Below, piece by piece: positions 1 through 7,795 of a DNA stretch of 52,814 nt. Numbering within the stretch: the first letter of the stretch is position 1; every line of letters begins with the position of its first letter. A model generated the notes under the pieces. That model worked only from the letters and a program-made list of their open reading frames with translations, was not told the DNA's origin and did not search any database. The stretch comes from a virus (taxonomy: Duplodnaviria > Caudoviricetes): positions 1 through 52,814 of IMG/VR virus record IMGVR_UViG_3300029825_000539, one strand, 5' to 3'. A program made the translations under genes and the position numbers.

Positions 1-1206
1 AAAGTAGCAGAAGACCTGCAACAATATGTAAAAAGCGGAGTTGGTACTCTAGCAGAAGCATATCCAAACATGATGAAAAGAATGGGCTATAGGGTACCTA
101 AAAAATTAAGCTATGAAGCTTTGCGCTTAGCTAGAACAGAAATGACTCTAGCCTTCCAAGAAGGGACTTATACAGCTGGAGCGGTTAACCCTGCATACAA
201 AGGGGTAAAATGGATGCTTTCAGCTAGCCACCCTGAGAATGATATCTGCAACGACTATGCCGATTCTGACCTGTACGGTTTAGGTGCTGGCGTATATCCC
301 AAAGGTGAAGAGCCTATTGTCCCTCACCCAAACTGTTTATGCTTTACTGTTCCTATTGTAGAGGACAAAAAAGAGTTTATTGAACGTTTAAATAGCTGGC
401 TAAAGAACCCTAATTCTCAACCAGATATACAAAAATGGTACAGAGACTTCTACCAGCAGTTAGATGTTAAAGCACCTCTTTCGAGAATAGACTCTTTCCT
501 AGCTAATAAACCACAGGCTAAAACTGTAGAAGAAGCTACAATGTGGAGCGAAAATAACGTAGCTGAGAAAGCTCTCTTTACCCGGACTTCAAAAGCAGAA
601 GGGCTAAATGATATAAACACTGCGATCATGGAGGTTAACGAACGTTTTAACCTTGGAAAATTCAATTATATGGGTGATCCTTCGAAGATAAACCTGAAAG
701 TAAGCTGGAAAAGTAATGTTGTTGCAATGTACGCACGTACAGCTAACTCTAAGAGTGAGTATTTTCTCTTTAAAACATTGGCTACTGACGAAAGTAAAGT
801 TGTAGATAGAATGACAAAGTCAGACGAATTTGCTGCTAATAGTCGTTCGATAGAAGAATTAATACAGGTGCTAAAAGATATCGAAGCCGATCCAAAGGTT
901 ATTGAGATATTAGAAGGTAGAGAAAGCAATCTCTGGACGATATCGCATACTCCTAAGGAAGTTGCTTATCATGAAATGGGGCACCGAGTTTACTATAATT
1001 TAGATGACGATGATGACGACGATAATGAGCTGTTAGAAGCTATTTCAGAAACCAAAGACAAAGGATGGCCAACGGTACTAGGTGAGTATGCAAGAACGAA
1101 TAAACAAGAGTACTTTGCAGAAGCATTTTCTGCTTACATGCAAGGGAAAGATGATTTAGTAGCTCCTCCTATTTTGGATTGGTTAAGGAGGCACGACAAG
1201 AAATGA
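1..1206 (+). CDS. MuF/SPP1 gp7-type minor head protein with C-terminal HExxH zinc metallopeptidase domain (5' truncated by the window)
   Basis: Frame open from base 1; RLARTE...CNDY...PHPNCLC MuF motifs; C-terminal HEMGH...EYFAEAF. Confidence 0.8.
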   Translation, partial: KVAEDLQQYVKSGVGTLAEAYPNMMKRMGYRVPKKLSYEALRLARTEMTLAFQEGTYTAGAVNPAYKGVKWMLSASHPENDICNDYADSDLYGLGAGVYPKGEEPIVPHPNCLCFTVPIVEDKKEFIERLNSWLKNPNSQPDIQKWYRDFYQQLDVKAPLSRIDSFLANKPQAKTVEEATMWSENNVAEKALFTRTSKAEGLNDINTAIMEVNERFNLGKFNYMGDPSKINLKVSWKSNVVAMYARTANSKSEYFLFKTLATDESKVVDRMTKSDEFAANSRSIEELIQVLKDIEADPKVIEILEGRESNLWTISHTPKEVAYHEMGHRVYYNLDDDDDDDNELLEAISETKDKGWPTVLGEYARTNKQEYFAEAFSAYMQGKDDLVAPPILDWLRRHDKK

Positions 1207-1394
1207 TCCTGACCCCGTGTTTATGCCTTTTGTGCAAGCACTTGTACTATGGTAAGTTTGGTTGGAAGTGCAAAGCTTTTCCTAGGGGTATACCAAAAGA
1301 AATACTTACCAATGAATTTGACCACCACCACCCCCATCCCAAGGACAAAGGTATTCAGTTTGTGGATAAAGGCACAGAGGAGGAAGAGGTATAA
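1203..1394 (+). CDS. Small Cys/His-rich protein, candidate immunity partner of the MuF toxin
   Basis: ATGA overlap with the MuF stop, AAGGAGG RBS; CLLCKH...CKAFPRGIP...DHHHPHP. Confidence 0.65.
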   Translation: MILTPCLCLLCKHLYYGKFGWKCKAFPRGIPKEILTNEFDHHHPHPKDKGIQFVDKGTEEEEV

Positions 1395-1702
1395 TGTTAA
1401 CCATTTGTGACTCTTGTAAAGCTGAATTTGAACCTAATATGAGGACTAGCAGAGAGGGCGAGGTAGAAACAACATGTTTCACCTGTCCCTCATGCCAAGC
1501 AGAATATATTGTTTACAAAACCAATCCAGAGCTTAGGAAGATGCAACAAAAAATAGAGAACATGCGTAACAGGATTACTAAACAGCGCAATAACGGTTAC
1601 GTAAAACCTGAAAAGCTAAAAGAATACCAAAGCTTGACTGCTGAGTTCAAAGAGAAGATGGATATCTACAATGGCAAAGAGAGCACCGACCAACAGGGTT
1701 AG
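1394..1702 (+). CDS. Zinc-ribbon plus coiled-coil hypothetical protein
   Basis: CDSC...CPSC followed by a helical charged tail; coupled to the upstream stop. Confidence 0.6.
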   Translation: MLTICDSCKAEFEPNMRTSREGEVETTCFTCPSCQAEYIVYKTNPELRKMQQKIENMRNRITKQRNNGYVKPEKLKEYQSLTAEFKEKMDIYNGKESTDQQG

Positions 1703-1712
1703 GTGCTTTTTT
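1682..1712 (+). terminator. Rho-independent terminator
   Basis: AGCACC...GGTGCT stem followed by a T run. Confidence 0.55.
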
Positions 1713-1735
1713 AATGCGAAAAGGGAGGTCTTTTA

Positions 1736-1792
1736 GTGACACAGGAAGAGATTGTAAAGCTAATTGAGGAGTGGCAGAGGAGATTAAAATAA
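1736..1792 (+). pseudogene. 18-codon mini-ORF MTQEEIVKLIEEWQRRLK, probable gene remnant or leader peptide
   Basis: GGGAGG RBS, GTG start, TAA at 1790-1792. Confidence 0.4.
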
Positions 1793-1813
1793 CTATTAAA
1801 AGGAGGTGAGATA

Positions 1814-3178
1814 ATGCCAAATATCACTATGCTGAAAGCATTAATCAACGGAGAAATGAGCCCTAGTAACATCCCTGTAGCTCCAGGCGTTGATCTGACC
1901 GCTATTAAAGCAGGCGATACTAGTCCTGTTGAGGTTGTTGTAGAGGTACCAGCTGGTGAATCAACAAGAGGTTGGAACTACAAAAAAGAAGCACTACAAG
2001 ACATCGTTAACCATGTTAACACTAACACGCTTAACGGTTTCTTGGGACATCAAGATCCAGAGAAGGTTGCTAGTGAGTTCCCCACTCCGGTTACTCATTG
2101 GGTAGGCGCTAAAATGGAGGGTGAAAGTGCTTTTTTTAGAGGCGTAATTGACCCAGCAGCTGAGGACCTTAAGCGCTGGGTAAAGGCTAAGCGCATTAAG
2201 CAAGTTAGCATCTATGGAATCCCTCAACTTAAGAAGGTTGGGAGCAAGACCGAGGTAGTGGGTTACAAACCAATGTCTATTGACTGGACTCCACTAGACC
2301 GGTCAGGGATGCCGACAAAGATTGTTGCTGTTGGAGAGATGGACTCCACTTTCGCTAATGACGAACTAGACGGCGAGATGGATGGTAGTTTTGAGGGAAT
2401 AAGAAATGCTGTTCGCGAATCTTTGCTAGAGAAATTCCCCAGCGACAGTACCTACGTCTATATAAGAAGGACATTTGTGGATCATGTTATTGCAGAAGTA
2501 GAAACATTAAAAAACAAAATAAACTCAACAAAAATATACAGTGTCCCTTACTCGTTGTTAGAAGATGCTGTTATCTTAGGTGACCCTGTAGAGGTTATAG
2601 AGCAAAGAATATATATACCTGTTGATAAAAAAACAGGAGAAATGGACACAGGAGGTGCTGATCAACCTATGGGTTGGAAAGAAAAGGTAGCAGAGATTAA
2701 TAATCTGCTCAAAAATGGTGAGGTTACTGTTGGTCAAGTTGTAGGTGAGATGGGAATCAAAGCTGAGCACGTAGCTCCTGAGCTTGTAAAAGAGCACAAA
2801 GACACTTTGGGCGACCTAGAACAGGTTAAGCAAGCTTTAGGCGTTACAGGTGAGATGAGTGAGATTCTGCAAGTTGCTAAAGCTGCTAAAGAAGCTTTAG
2901 ATGCAGAAAAGGTTACTAAGCACGAAGCAACTATTGATGCAGTTATCAAAGAAAAGGTTACCGGTGAGATGGCCCAAGCTTTAGCCAAAAAAATGATTCA
3001 TGTTGAAATGGGAGCCACCAAAGAACAGATTACTGGAGAGCTAGATCAGCTGTTAGCTGATAATGTTTGGAAAGAAACACTTAGCAAACTGCATCTGGAC
3101 AAGCCACCTATGGCTGGAACAGGCGGTAAGAACAATTCCAGCTCCTCTTCCCTCACAACTTCGAGGATACCTGTTTAA
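1814..3178 (+). CDS. Prohead protease/scaffolding fusion
   Basis: Position before capsid genes; N-terminal GFLGH...VSIYG...SIDW protease-like domain and helical C-terminal half. Confidence 0.7.
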   Translation: MPNITMLKALINGEMSPSNIPVAPGVDLTAIKAGDTSPVEVVVEVPAGESTRGWNYKKEALQDIVNHVNTNTLNGFLGHQDPEKVASEFPTPVTHWVGAKMEGESAFFRGVIDPAAEDLKRWVKAKRIKQVSIYGIPQLKKVGSKTEVVGYKPMSIDWTPLDRSGMPTKIVAVGEMDSTFANDELDGEMDGSFEGIRNAVRESLLEKFPSDSTYVYIRRTFVDHVIAEVETLKNKINSTKIYSVPYSLLEDAVILGDPVEVIEQRIYIPVDKKTGEMDTGGADQPMGWKEKVAEINNLLKNGEVTVGQVVGEMGIKAEHVAPELVKEHKDTLGDLEQVKQALGVTGEMSEILQVAKAAKEALDAEKVTKHEATIDAVIKEKVTGEMAQALAKKMIHVEMGATKEQITGELDQLLADNVWKETLSKLHLDKPPMAGTGGKNNSSSSSLTTSRIPV

Positions 3179-3201
3179 TCAATTAATGGAGGTGATAATT
3201 A

Positions 3202-3555
3202 ATGGGTAGAATTGCAAAAGAAGGAAAAAGTGTTAAGGTTATGGCCCCTGAGAACACCACAATTAACCAGGGCGACTTTGCGCTAGTTAGTGGTTGGTTT
3301 GGTATGGCTATTCAATCTGTTGAAACCAAAGCTGCCGAAAGCAAGCCTGTTGTTTTAAGCATAGACACAGGCGTTTTTTATGAGACCAGTCAGATTGTAA
3401 CTACTGATACTATGGGCGTTGGGGCCGAACTGTACTGGGACGCTGTTAACAAAAAGATTACAGAGTCAGCTGGTACAGACAATCGTAAAATTGGTCGTGT
3501 TACCTTGGCTAAAGATGCTAATAACGTCATTTGGTTTAAGCTTTTAGATCAATAA
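3202..3555 (+). CDS. Capsid decoration/cement protein (DUF2190-like)
   Basis: 117 aa beta-rich protein, GAELYWDAVNKKIT...KIGRV pattern, between scaffold and capsid. Confidence 0.75.
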   Translation: MGRIAKEGKSVKVMAPENTTINQGDFALVSGWFGMAIQSVETKAAESKPVVLSIDTGVFYETSQIVTTDTMGVGAELYWDAVNKKITESAGTDNRKIGRVTLAKDANNVIWFKLLDQ

Positions 3556-3582
3556 ATCAATAACAGGAGGTGCGTATAACAT

Positions 3583-4629
3583 ATGCCTAAAATTATAAGT
3601 ATCGATTCATTAAAATCTCAAAGACCTAAGGACAGGGAAATTCAAATCCCTGTCCTTTTTAATGGAGAACCTCGCAATGTAGTCGCTAAAGTAGTTAACG
3701 GTGAAATGGAAGTTTACAATTTCAATAAGCCAATTGGTGAAATGTTAACTACTCCAGCTGGTTTGTACGACATCATACAAAAGTCTGTTGTCGATCTCCA
3801 ATTAGGACGCGAAGAAGTACCTCTCCTTTACACACCTATTTATAGGAAAATAGAGGATAGGAACTTCTCTGAGTATGTAGACACAACTCCATTTACCAGA
3901 GCCGAGATTGTGTTTATGGAAAAAATGGAGCTTGAAGGCGTTGTCTTTGGTACTAGGAGAATTGGTCAAAAAGACACTGTTCCTATTATCACTTACGCCG
4001 CTGGTTTCTCTATCACTGAAGATATGAAGGAATATGACAAAACATGGGAGTTCACCGAGTACAATAGAGCATTTGGTGAAGCTTATAACTCCTTGCTAAA
4101 CCATATTCATTTAAACCCAATTATCCAGTATAAATATCAAGCTAAGAACTTGACACCAGCTGATACAACTAAAGAAACTTATATGGAAAAACTCAGAGAG
4201 ACCATCAAAAACGGTCTCAAACATGCGGCTGCTGATAAGAACACGGTTACTAGATCTCCTAGACGAGCAAGAATCTTAGTGGCTAATTCAGCAATGAAAT
4301 GGGATCTTGAAGAAGCAATGTCCAGGATGGTAATCAAAGGTACCGAGTACCCTGCTATCTCTGGCATTGATACCATAATCCTGTATGATGGCTGGACTGG
4401 TATGGTCGGTGAGAAGGTTGTTGAGTATCCTGGTGTACCAGTAGACAAAGCCTATCTAGTTGAACCAGGTAAATACTTTAGAGAGCTAATTAAACATGAC
4501 TTGCTTATTGACGCTCAAGCCGGAGATCTTAAGCGTTTAATCGAGCAAGACATTGTTGGCAGAGCAAGACGCGGTGTCATTGCCAGCCCTGCAAACGCTG
4601 TTGAAGAATTAACCCTACCTACTAAGTGA
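3583..4629 (+). CDS. Major capsid protein
   Basis: 348 aa, synteny, strong AGGAGG RBS. Confidence 0.8.
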   Translation: MPKIISIDSLKSQRPKDREIQIPVLFNGEPRNVVAKVVNGEMEVYNFNKPIGEMLTTPAGLYDIIQKSVVDLQLGREEVPLLYTPIYRKIEDRNFSEYVDTTPFTRAEIVFMEKMELEGVVFGTRRIGQKDTVPIITYAAGFSITEDMKEYDKTWEFTEYNRAFGEAYNSLLNHIHLNPIIQYKYQAKNLTPADTTKETYMEKLRETIKNGLKHAAADKNTVTRSPRRARILVANSAMKWDLEEAMSRMVIKGTEYPAISGIDTIILYDGWTGMVGEKVVEYPGVPVDKAYLVEPGKYFRELIKHDLLIDAQAGDLKRLIEQDIVGRARRGVIASPANAVEELTLPTK

Positions 4630-4643
4630 GGTGTAATTAATTA

Positions 4644-4973
4644 ATGGGCAAATGTAAAGATTGCGCCTGGTTTCCCTGGAAGCTAGGCGCTTCCCTTTCT
4701 GGGCTACCTGCAGTCAGATGTCATCCTGAGCAAATCTCAAAACGCTTTACCGATGAAGGAGTGGAGCAGGAGACATCTTGTCAGTATTACAAGCCAGAAG
4801 AAGCGAAAAATCCTAAGAAAGAACAAGGAAAGCCTACAGGTTCAGAAGACCAAACTCCAAAAAGCTCCAAGCCTCCATCTTCTGAACAATCAGTAGCTGT
4901 ACCTGAAGGTGAAGGTGATGAAAATGAATCCGACACCGGAACTGATAACAAAACTAAGAAAGCTTCTAAGTGA
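4644..4973 (+). CDS. Small Cys-containing head-associated protein with disordered tail
   Basis: CKDC...C...C then low-complexity charged tail; follows the capsid gene. Confidence 0.55.
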   Translation: MGKCKDCAWFPWKLGASLSGLPAVRCHPEQISKRFTDEGVEQETSCQYYKPEEAKNPKKEQGKPTGSEDQTPKSSKPPSSEQSVAVPEGEGDENESDTGTDNKTKKASK

Positions 4974-5283
4974 GGTTATTCCGGAAGGCAAAACAGATGC
5001 TGATACAAGATTTACTGACGATGAACTAAACGACTTAATCCTAGAGAATGACAATATCTATGCATCTGCATCACTAGGTTGGACCATTAAGGCTGGCCTA
5101 TTCCAAGCTGAAATGGACGGAGTAGAGAGGTACTCTTTCGGCCAAGAATCAGAAGTGTTTGTTAGTCTAAAGGATAACTTAGACTATGCTCTGAAAATGG
5201 CAGCTAAATACGAAGCTCTAGGTAGTGCCCAGAACAGTACGAGCTCACTAGCCTTTACTGTAAAGATGCCGGAGGTACTCTAG
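4924..5283 (+). CDS. Head-tail adaptor
   Basis: Synteny; KLRKLL...FTDDEL...AS helical pattern. Confidence 0.65.
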   Translation: MNPTPELITKLRKLLSEVIPEGKTDADTRFTDDELNDLILENDNIYASASLGWTIKAGLFQAEMDGVERYSFGQESEVFVSLKDNLDYALKMAAKYEALGSAQNSTSSLAFTVKMPEVL

Positions 5284-5649
5284 ATGAATGTTAACCTAGC
5301 TAGAAAGTCTTTAGCGCGTAACATAGCTAGAAATCCTACCACAATAGTGATACAACGTGGTGTTATGGAAAAAGAAGATGGTGCAGGCGGAAGTATTAAG
5401 GTACCTAACATTTTGCCTTCCCAAACTGTACGCATCTTTATAAGTTCCTTAGACCACAAGCAGACAGCTAAAGAAGGCGGACAGATACAAGTCCAAAGGT
5501 GGGGCATGGTGGCCACACATGAGGCAGATATTCAAAAAGGAGATACCTTCAGCGTTAATTCTAGAAAATTCAGGGTTAGGGGTATTACAGAAACTTCTAC
5601 AGCAGGTCAATTAATAGGCTTTCAGGTGGATCTCGAGGAGGTGATCTAG
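5284..5649 (+). CDS. Head closure/stopper protein
   Basis: ADIQKGDTF...KFRV motif, synteny. Confidence 0.65.
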   Translation: MNVNLARKSLARNIARNPTTIVIQRGVMEKEDGAGGSIKVPNILPSQTVRIFISSLDHKQTAKEGGQIQVQRWGMVATHEADIQKGDTFSVNSRKFRVRGITETSTAGQLIGFQVDLEEVI

Positions 5650-6131
5650 TGGCTGGCGCAGATAAAGTAGTGTCTAATATGGAAAGCTGGGAAAACCAGC
5701 TTAAAGCAGCTTTGTATGCTTTGGGTAGCCACTATGCTGCCAAGATGGAAGGCGAAGCTAAAAACCCTCCTTATCCTCTTAGGCCTCTGACAAAAGCAGA
5801 AATAAAACGCTTAGAAAAAGGACTAGCTAATAAAGAGTCTCAGCAGTATAAACGTAAAAAGCCATCTAAAAAAGCTGAATATCATGAACTTAACGGTGGT
5901 GAATCTCACTTAAAGTGGCGAGATCAAACAGCTCATGCTAGACAAAGCATATTTGGTGAGGTCAAGGAGTTTAAAGACATTAATAAACTTAGAATTAGAG
6001 TTGCTCATACTATGGAATATGGCGAATACTTGGAGCTATCACATCAACGGAAATACGCTGTGCTAGAGCCTGTTGCTAAAAAACACGGACCAGAGTTCAT
6101 CAAAGACGCTAAGGAGTTGATAGGTAAATGA
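5649..6131 (+). CDS. HK97 gp10-like neck protein
   Basis: WRDQTAHARQSI...HTMEYGEYLE motif. Confidence 0.7.
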   Translation: MAGADKVVSNMESWENQLKAALYALGSHYAAKMEGEAKNPPYPLRPLTKAEIKRLEKGLANKESQQYKRKKPSKKAEYHELNGGESHLKWRDQTAHARQSIFGEVKEFKDINKLRIRVAHTMEYGEYLELSHQRKYAVLEPVAKKHGPEFIKDAKELIGK

Positions 6132-6499
6132 GAACAGCAATTTATCAATACCTATCACAAAATATGAGCCATGTTAAGTGGATACAACCTTATCATGCCA
6201 CAGCAAATACACCTAAACCTTATGGAGTGATTGTAATTGGAGAGAGAATAAGAGCTCCGCTAAACAATCGAGCTTCTTATCTAGGATTAACAATCTGGCT
6301 CTATGTAGAAGAAGGATCGTATTTACCTCTTGATAACCTGGTTAAAGAATTAAAAAGTCTTCTTGATAAGAAAATATTAAAAACAGTAAATGGTAACAGT
6401 TTTATGGTTGAGTGGGAGCATGATGGTCGTGATTGGTATGATGACGACCTTAAGGCTGCTACTAAATATATTGAGTTTATAATTCCAATGGGAGGTTGA
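6128..6499 (+). CDS. Tail terminator/completion protein
   Basis: PKPYGVIV motif, position before the tail tube gene. Confidence 0.65.
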   Translation: MRTAIYQYLSQNMSHVKWIQPYHATANTPKPYGVIVIGERIRAPLNNRASYLGLTIWLYVEEGSYLPLDNLVKELKSLLDKKILKTVNGNSFMVEWEHDGRDWYDDDLKAATKYIEFIIPMGG

Positions 6500-6503
6500 T
6501 AAT

Positions 6504-7067
6504 ATGCCGACTTATAGTGTTTGTTTACTTGTATTGACTGAGCTTAATCAAGATGGTTCTGCAAAAACAACTGATCCAAAAACTTTAAAAGTCACTACGC
6601 CACAACAAGTATCTTTCGATCCTCAGATTGTTGAGGGGCAAAAGCAAGAACTTAGAGGTGGCGGGAAAAGAATTGCAACTGTTGTTGAACCAGATGAACT
6701 TACTGGTATAAACGCAACATTGCAAAATGCAGTCCTAAAGATCGAGGAAATGGCAATGATTGGTGGTGGCACCATAACAGGAACAGCACCTAGTCAAGGG
6801 TACAGTGCCCCTAAATTAGGTGATCCTACTCCTACGCCATTCAAAGCAGAAGTTTATAGCCCGATATATGAGGAAGGTGAGCATCACGAATCAGATATCA
6901 AGGGCTACATGAAAGTAACGTTGTGGAATTGTAAAGGCAGAGTACCATCATGGGTACAACAGGATCGCAACTTCGTTATTCCATCTTATACCATTAAGGG
7001 GCTTGAGAATACAGCTCAAAGCAAGCCTTCTTTTGAAATTGATTTTGTTGATGCTTTGCCAGCGTAA
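6504..7067 (+). CDS. Major tail (tube) protein
   Basis: 187 aa beta-rich protein, synteny. Confidence 0.7.
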   Translation: MPTYSVCLLVLTELNQDGSAKTTDPKTLKVTTPQQVSFDPQIVEGQKQELRGGGKRIATVVEPDELTGINATLQNAVLKIEEMAMIGGGTITGTAPSQGYSAPKLGDPTPTPFKAEVYSPIYEEGEHHESDIKGYMKVTLWNCKGRVPSWVQQDRNFVIPSYTIKGLENTAQSKPSFEIDFVDALPA

Positions 7068-7101
7068 AGCATAATCAAATAACAGCCAAGGAGGGGAAGT
7101 A

Positions 7102-7557
7102 ATGTCAGAAAATATCGAAGTAAAAAGAGCTATATCAGCTGAAGAAGTCCTTGAAAAAGCTGTTAAGCTAATCGAAATACCTGGTTGGGAACCAGGTGAA
7201 TTTATTAATGTTAAAGCTAGACGGATGTCTCTTACATCTCTAATACAGAACAATGAACTACCTAACGATCTGCTCAGTATTATATACAAAGCAGAAACAC
7301 AAGGTGAATACAATCCAACAACCGACAACACAGAGAACTTTGCAAAATATATTAACCTGACGGAAACGATATGTAAGAATGTGCTAGTTGAGCCTACCTA
7401 TGATGAAATAGGAGAGTATCTAACTGATATTCAGAAAAGCGCAATTGCAGCATATGCGCAAAGAGGTGTGAGAGCACTAGAAAACTTTCGCATCGAACGA
7501 AAATCTAATGCTCCGGATAGCGATAACAGCCAAGGAGTTCGGCCAGAAGCCAAGTAG
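7102..7557 (+). CDS. Tail assembly chaperone (G-like)
   Basis: Between tube and tape measure; ends LVEPTY...GVRALENFR. Confidence 0.75.
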   Translation: MSENIEVKRAISAEEVLEKAVKLIEIPGWEPGEFINVKARRMSLTSLIQNNELPNDLLSIIYKAETQGEYNPTTDNTENFAKYINLTETICKNVLVEPTYDEIGEYLTDIQKSAIAAYAQRGVRALENFRIERKSNAPDSDNSQGVRPEAK

Positions 7558-7762
7558 CTACATGCCAGATATAAGTAGCTATGAGGCTTTTTGTTTTGAT
7601 GAAGCTTGTGCGCATTATTTGATTAGGGCACGAGAAAAGGCAAGAAAAGATCAGGAAAATGAATCACCCCACAGCAAAACTCCAACTAGTAAAGGCCCTG
7701 TATCTTTTGAATGGCTCATGGAGCAACAGAAAAAACTTAAGAAAACTGGGCGGTATCGATGA
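7508..7762 (+). CDS. Tail assembly chaperone extension (T-like), probably expressed by frameshift
   Basis: Overlaps the upstream ORF in the +1 frame, open from 7481; KPS...YEAFCFDEAC motif. Confidence 0.7.
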   Translation: MLRIAITAKEFGQKPSSYMPDISSYEAFCFDEACAHYLIRAREKARKDQENESPHSKTPTSKGPVSFEWLMEQQKKLKKTGRYR

Positions 7763-7775
7763 TACTGCCCTTTTT
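7748..7775 (+). terminator. Rho-independent terminator before the tape measure gene
   Basis: GGGCGGTATC-GAT-GATACTGCCC-TTTTT. Confidence 0.65.
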
Positions 7776-7795
7776 ACATAGAGAGGTGACGCTAA

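Noticed and set aside
4620-4646. Capsid stop read-through or frameshift into the next ORF
   Set aside because: Read-through meets TAA after four codons; no slippery motif; the next gene has its own GAGGTG RBS
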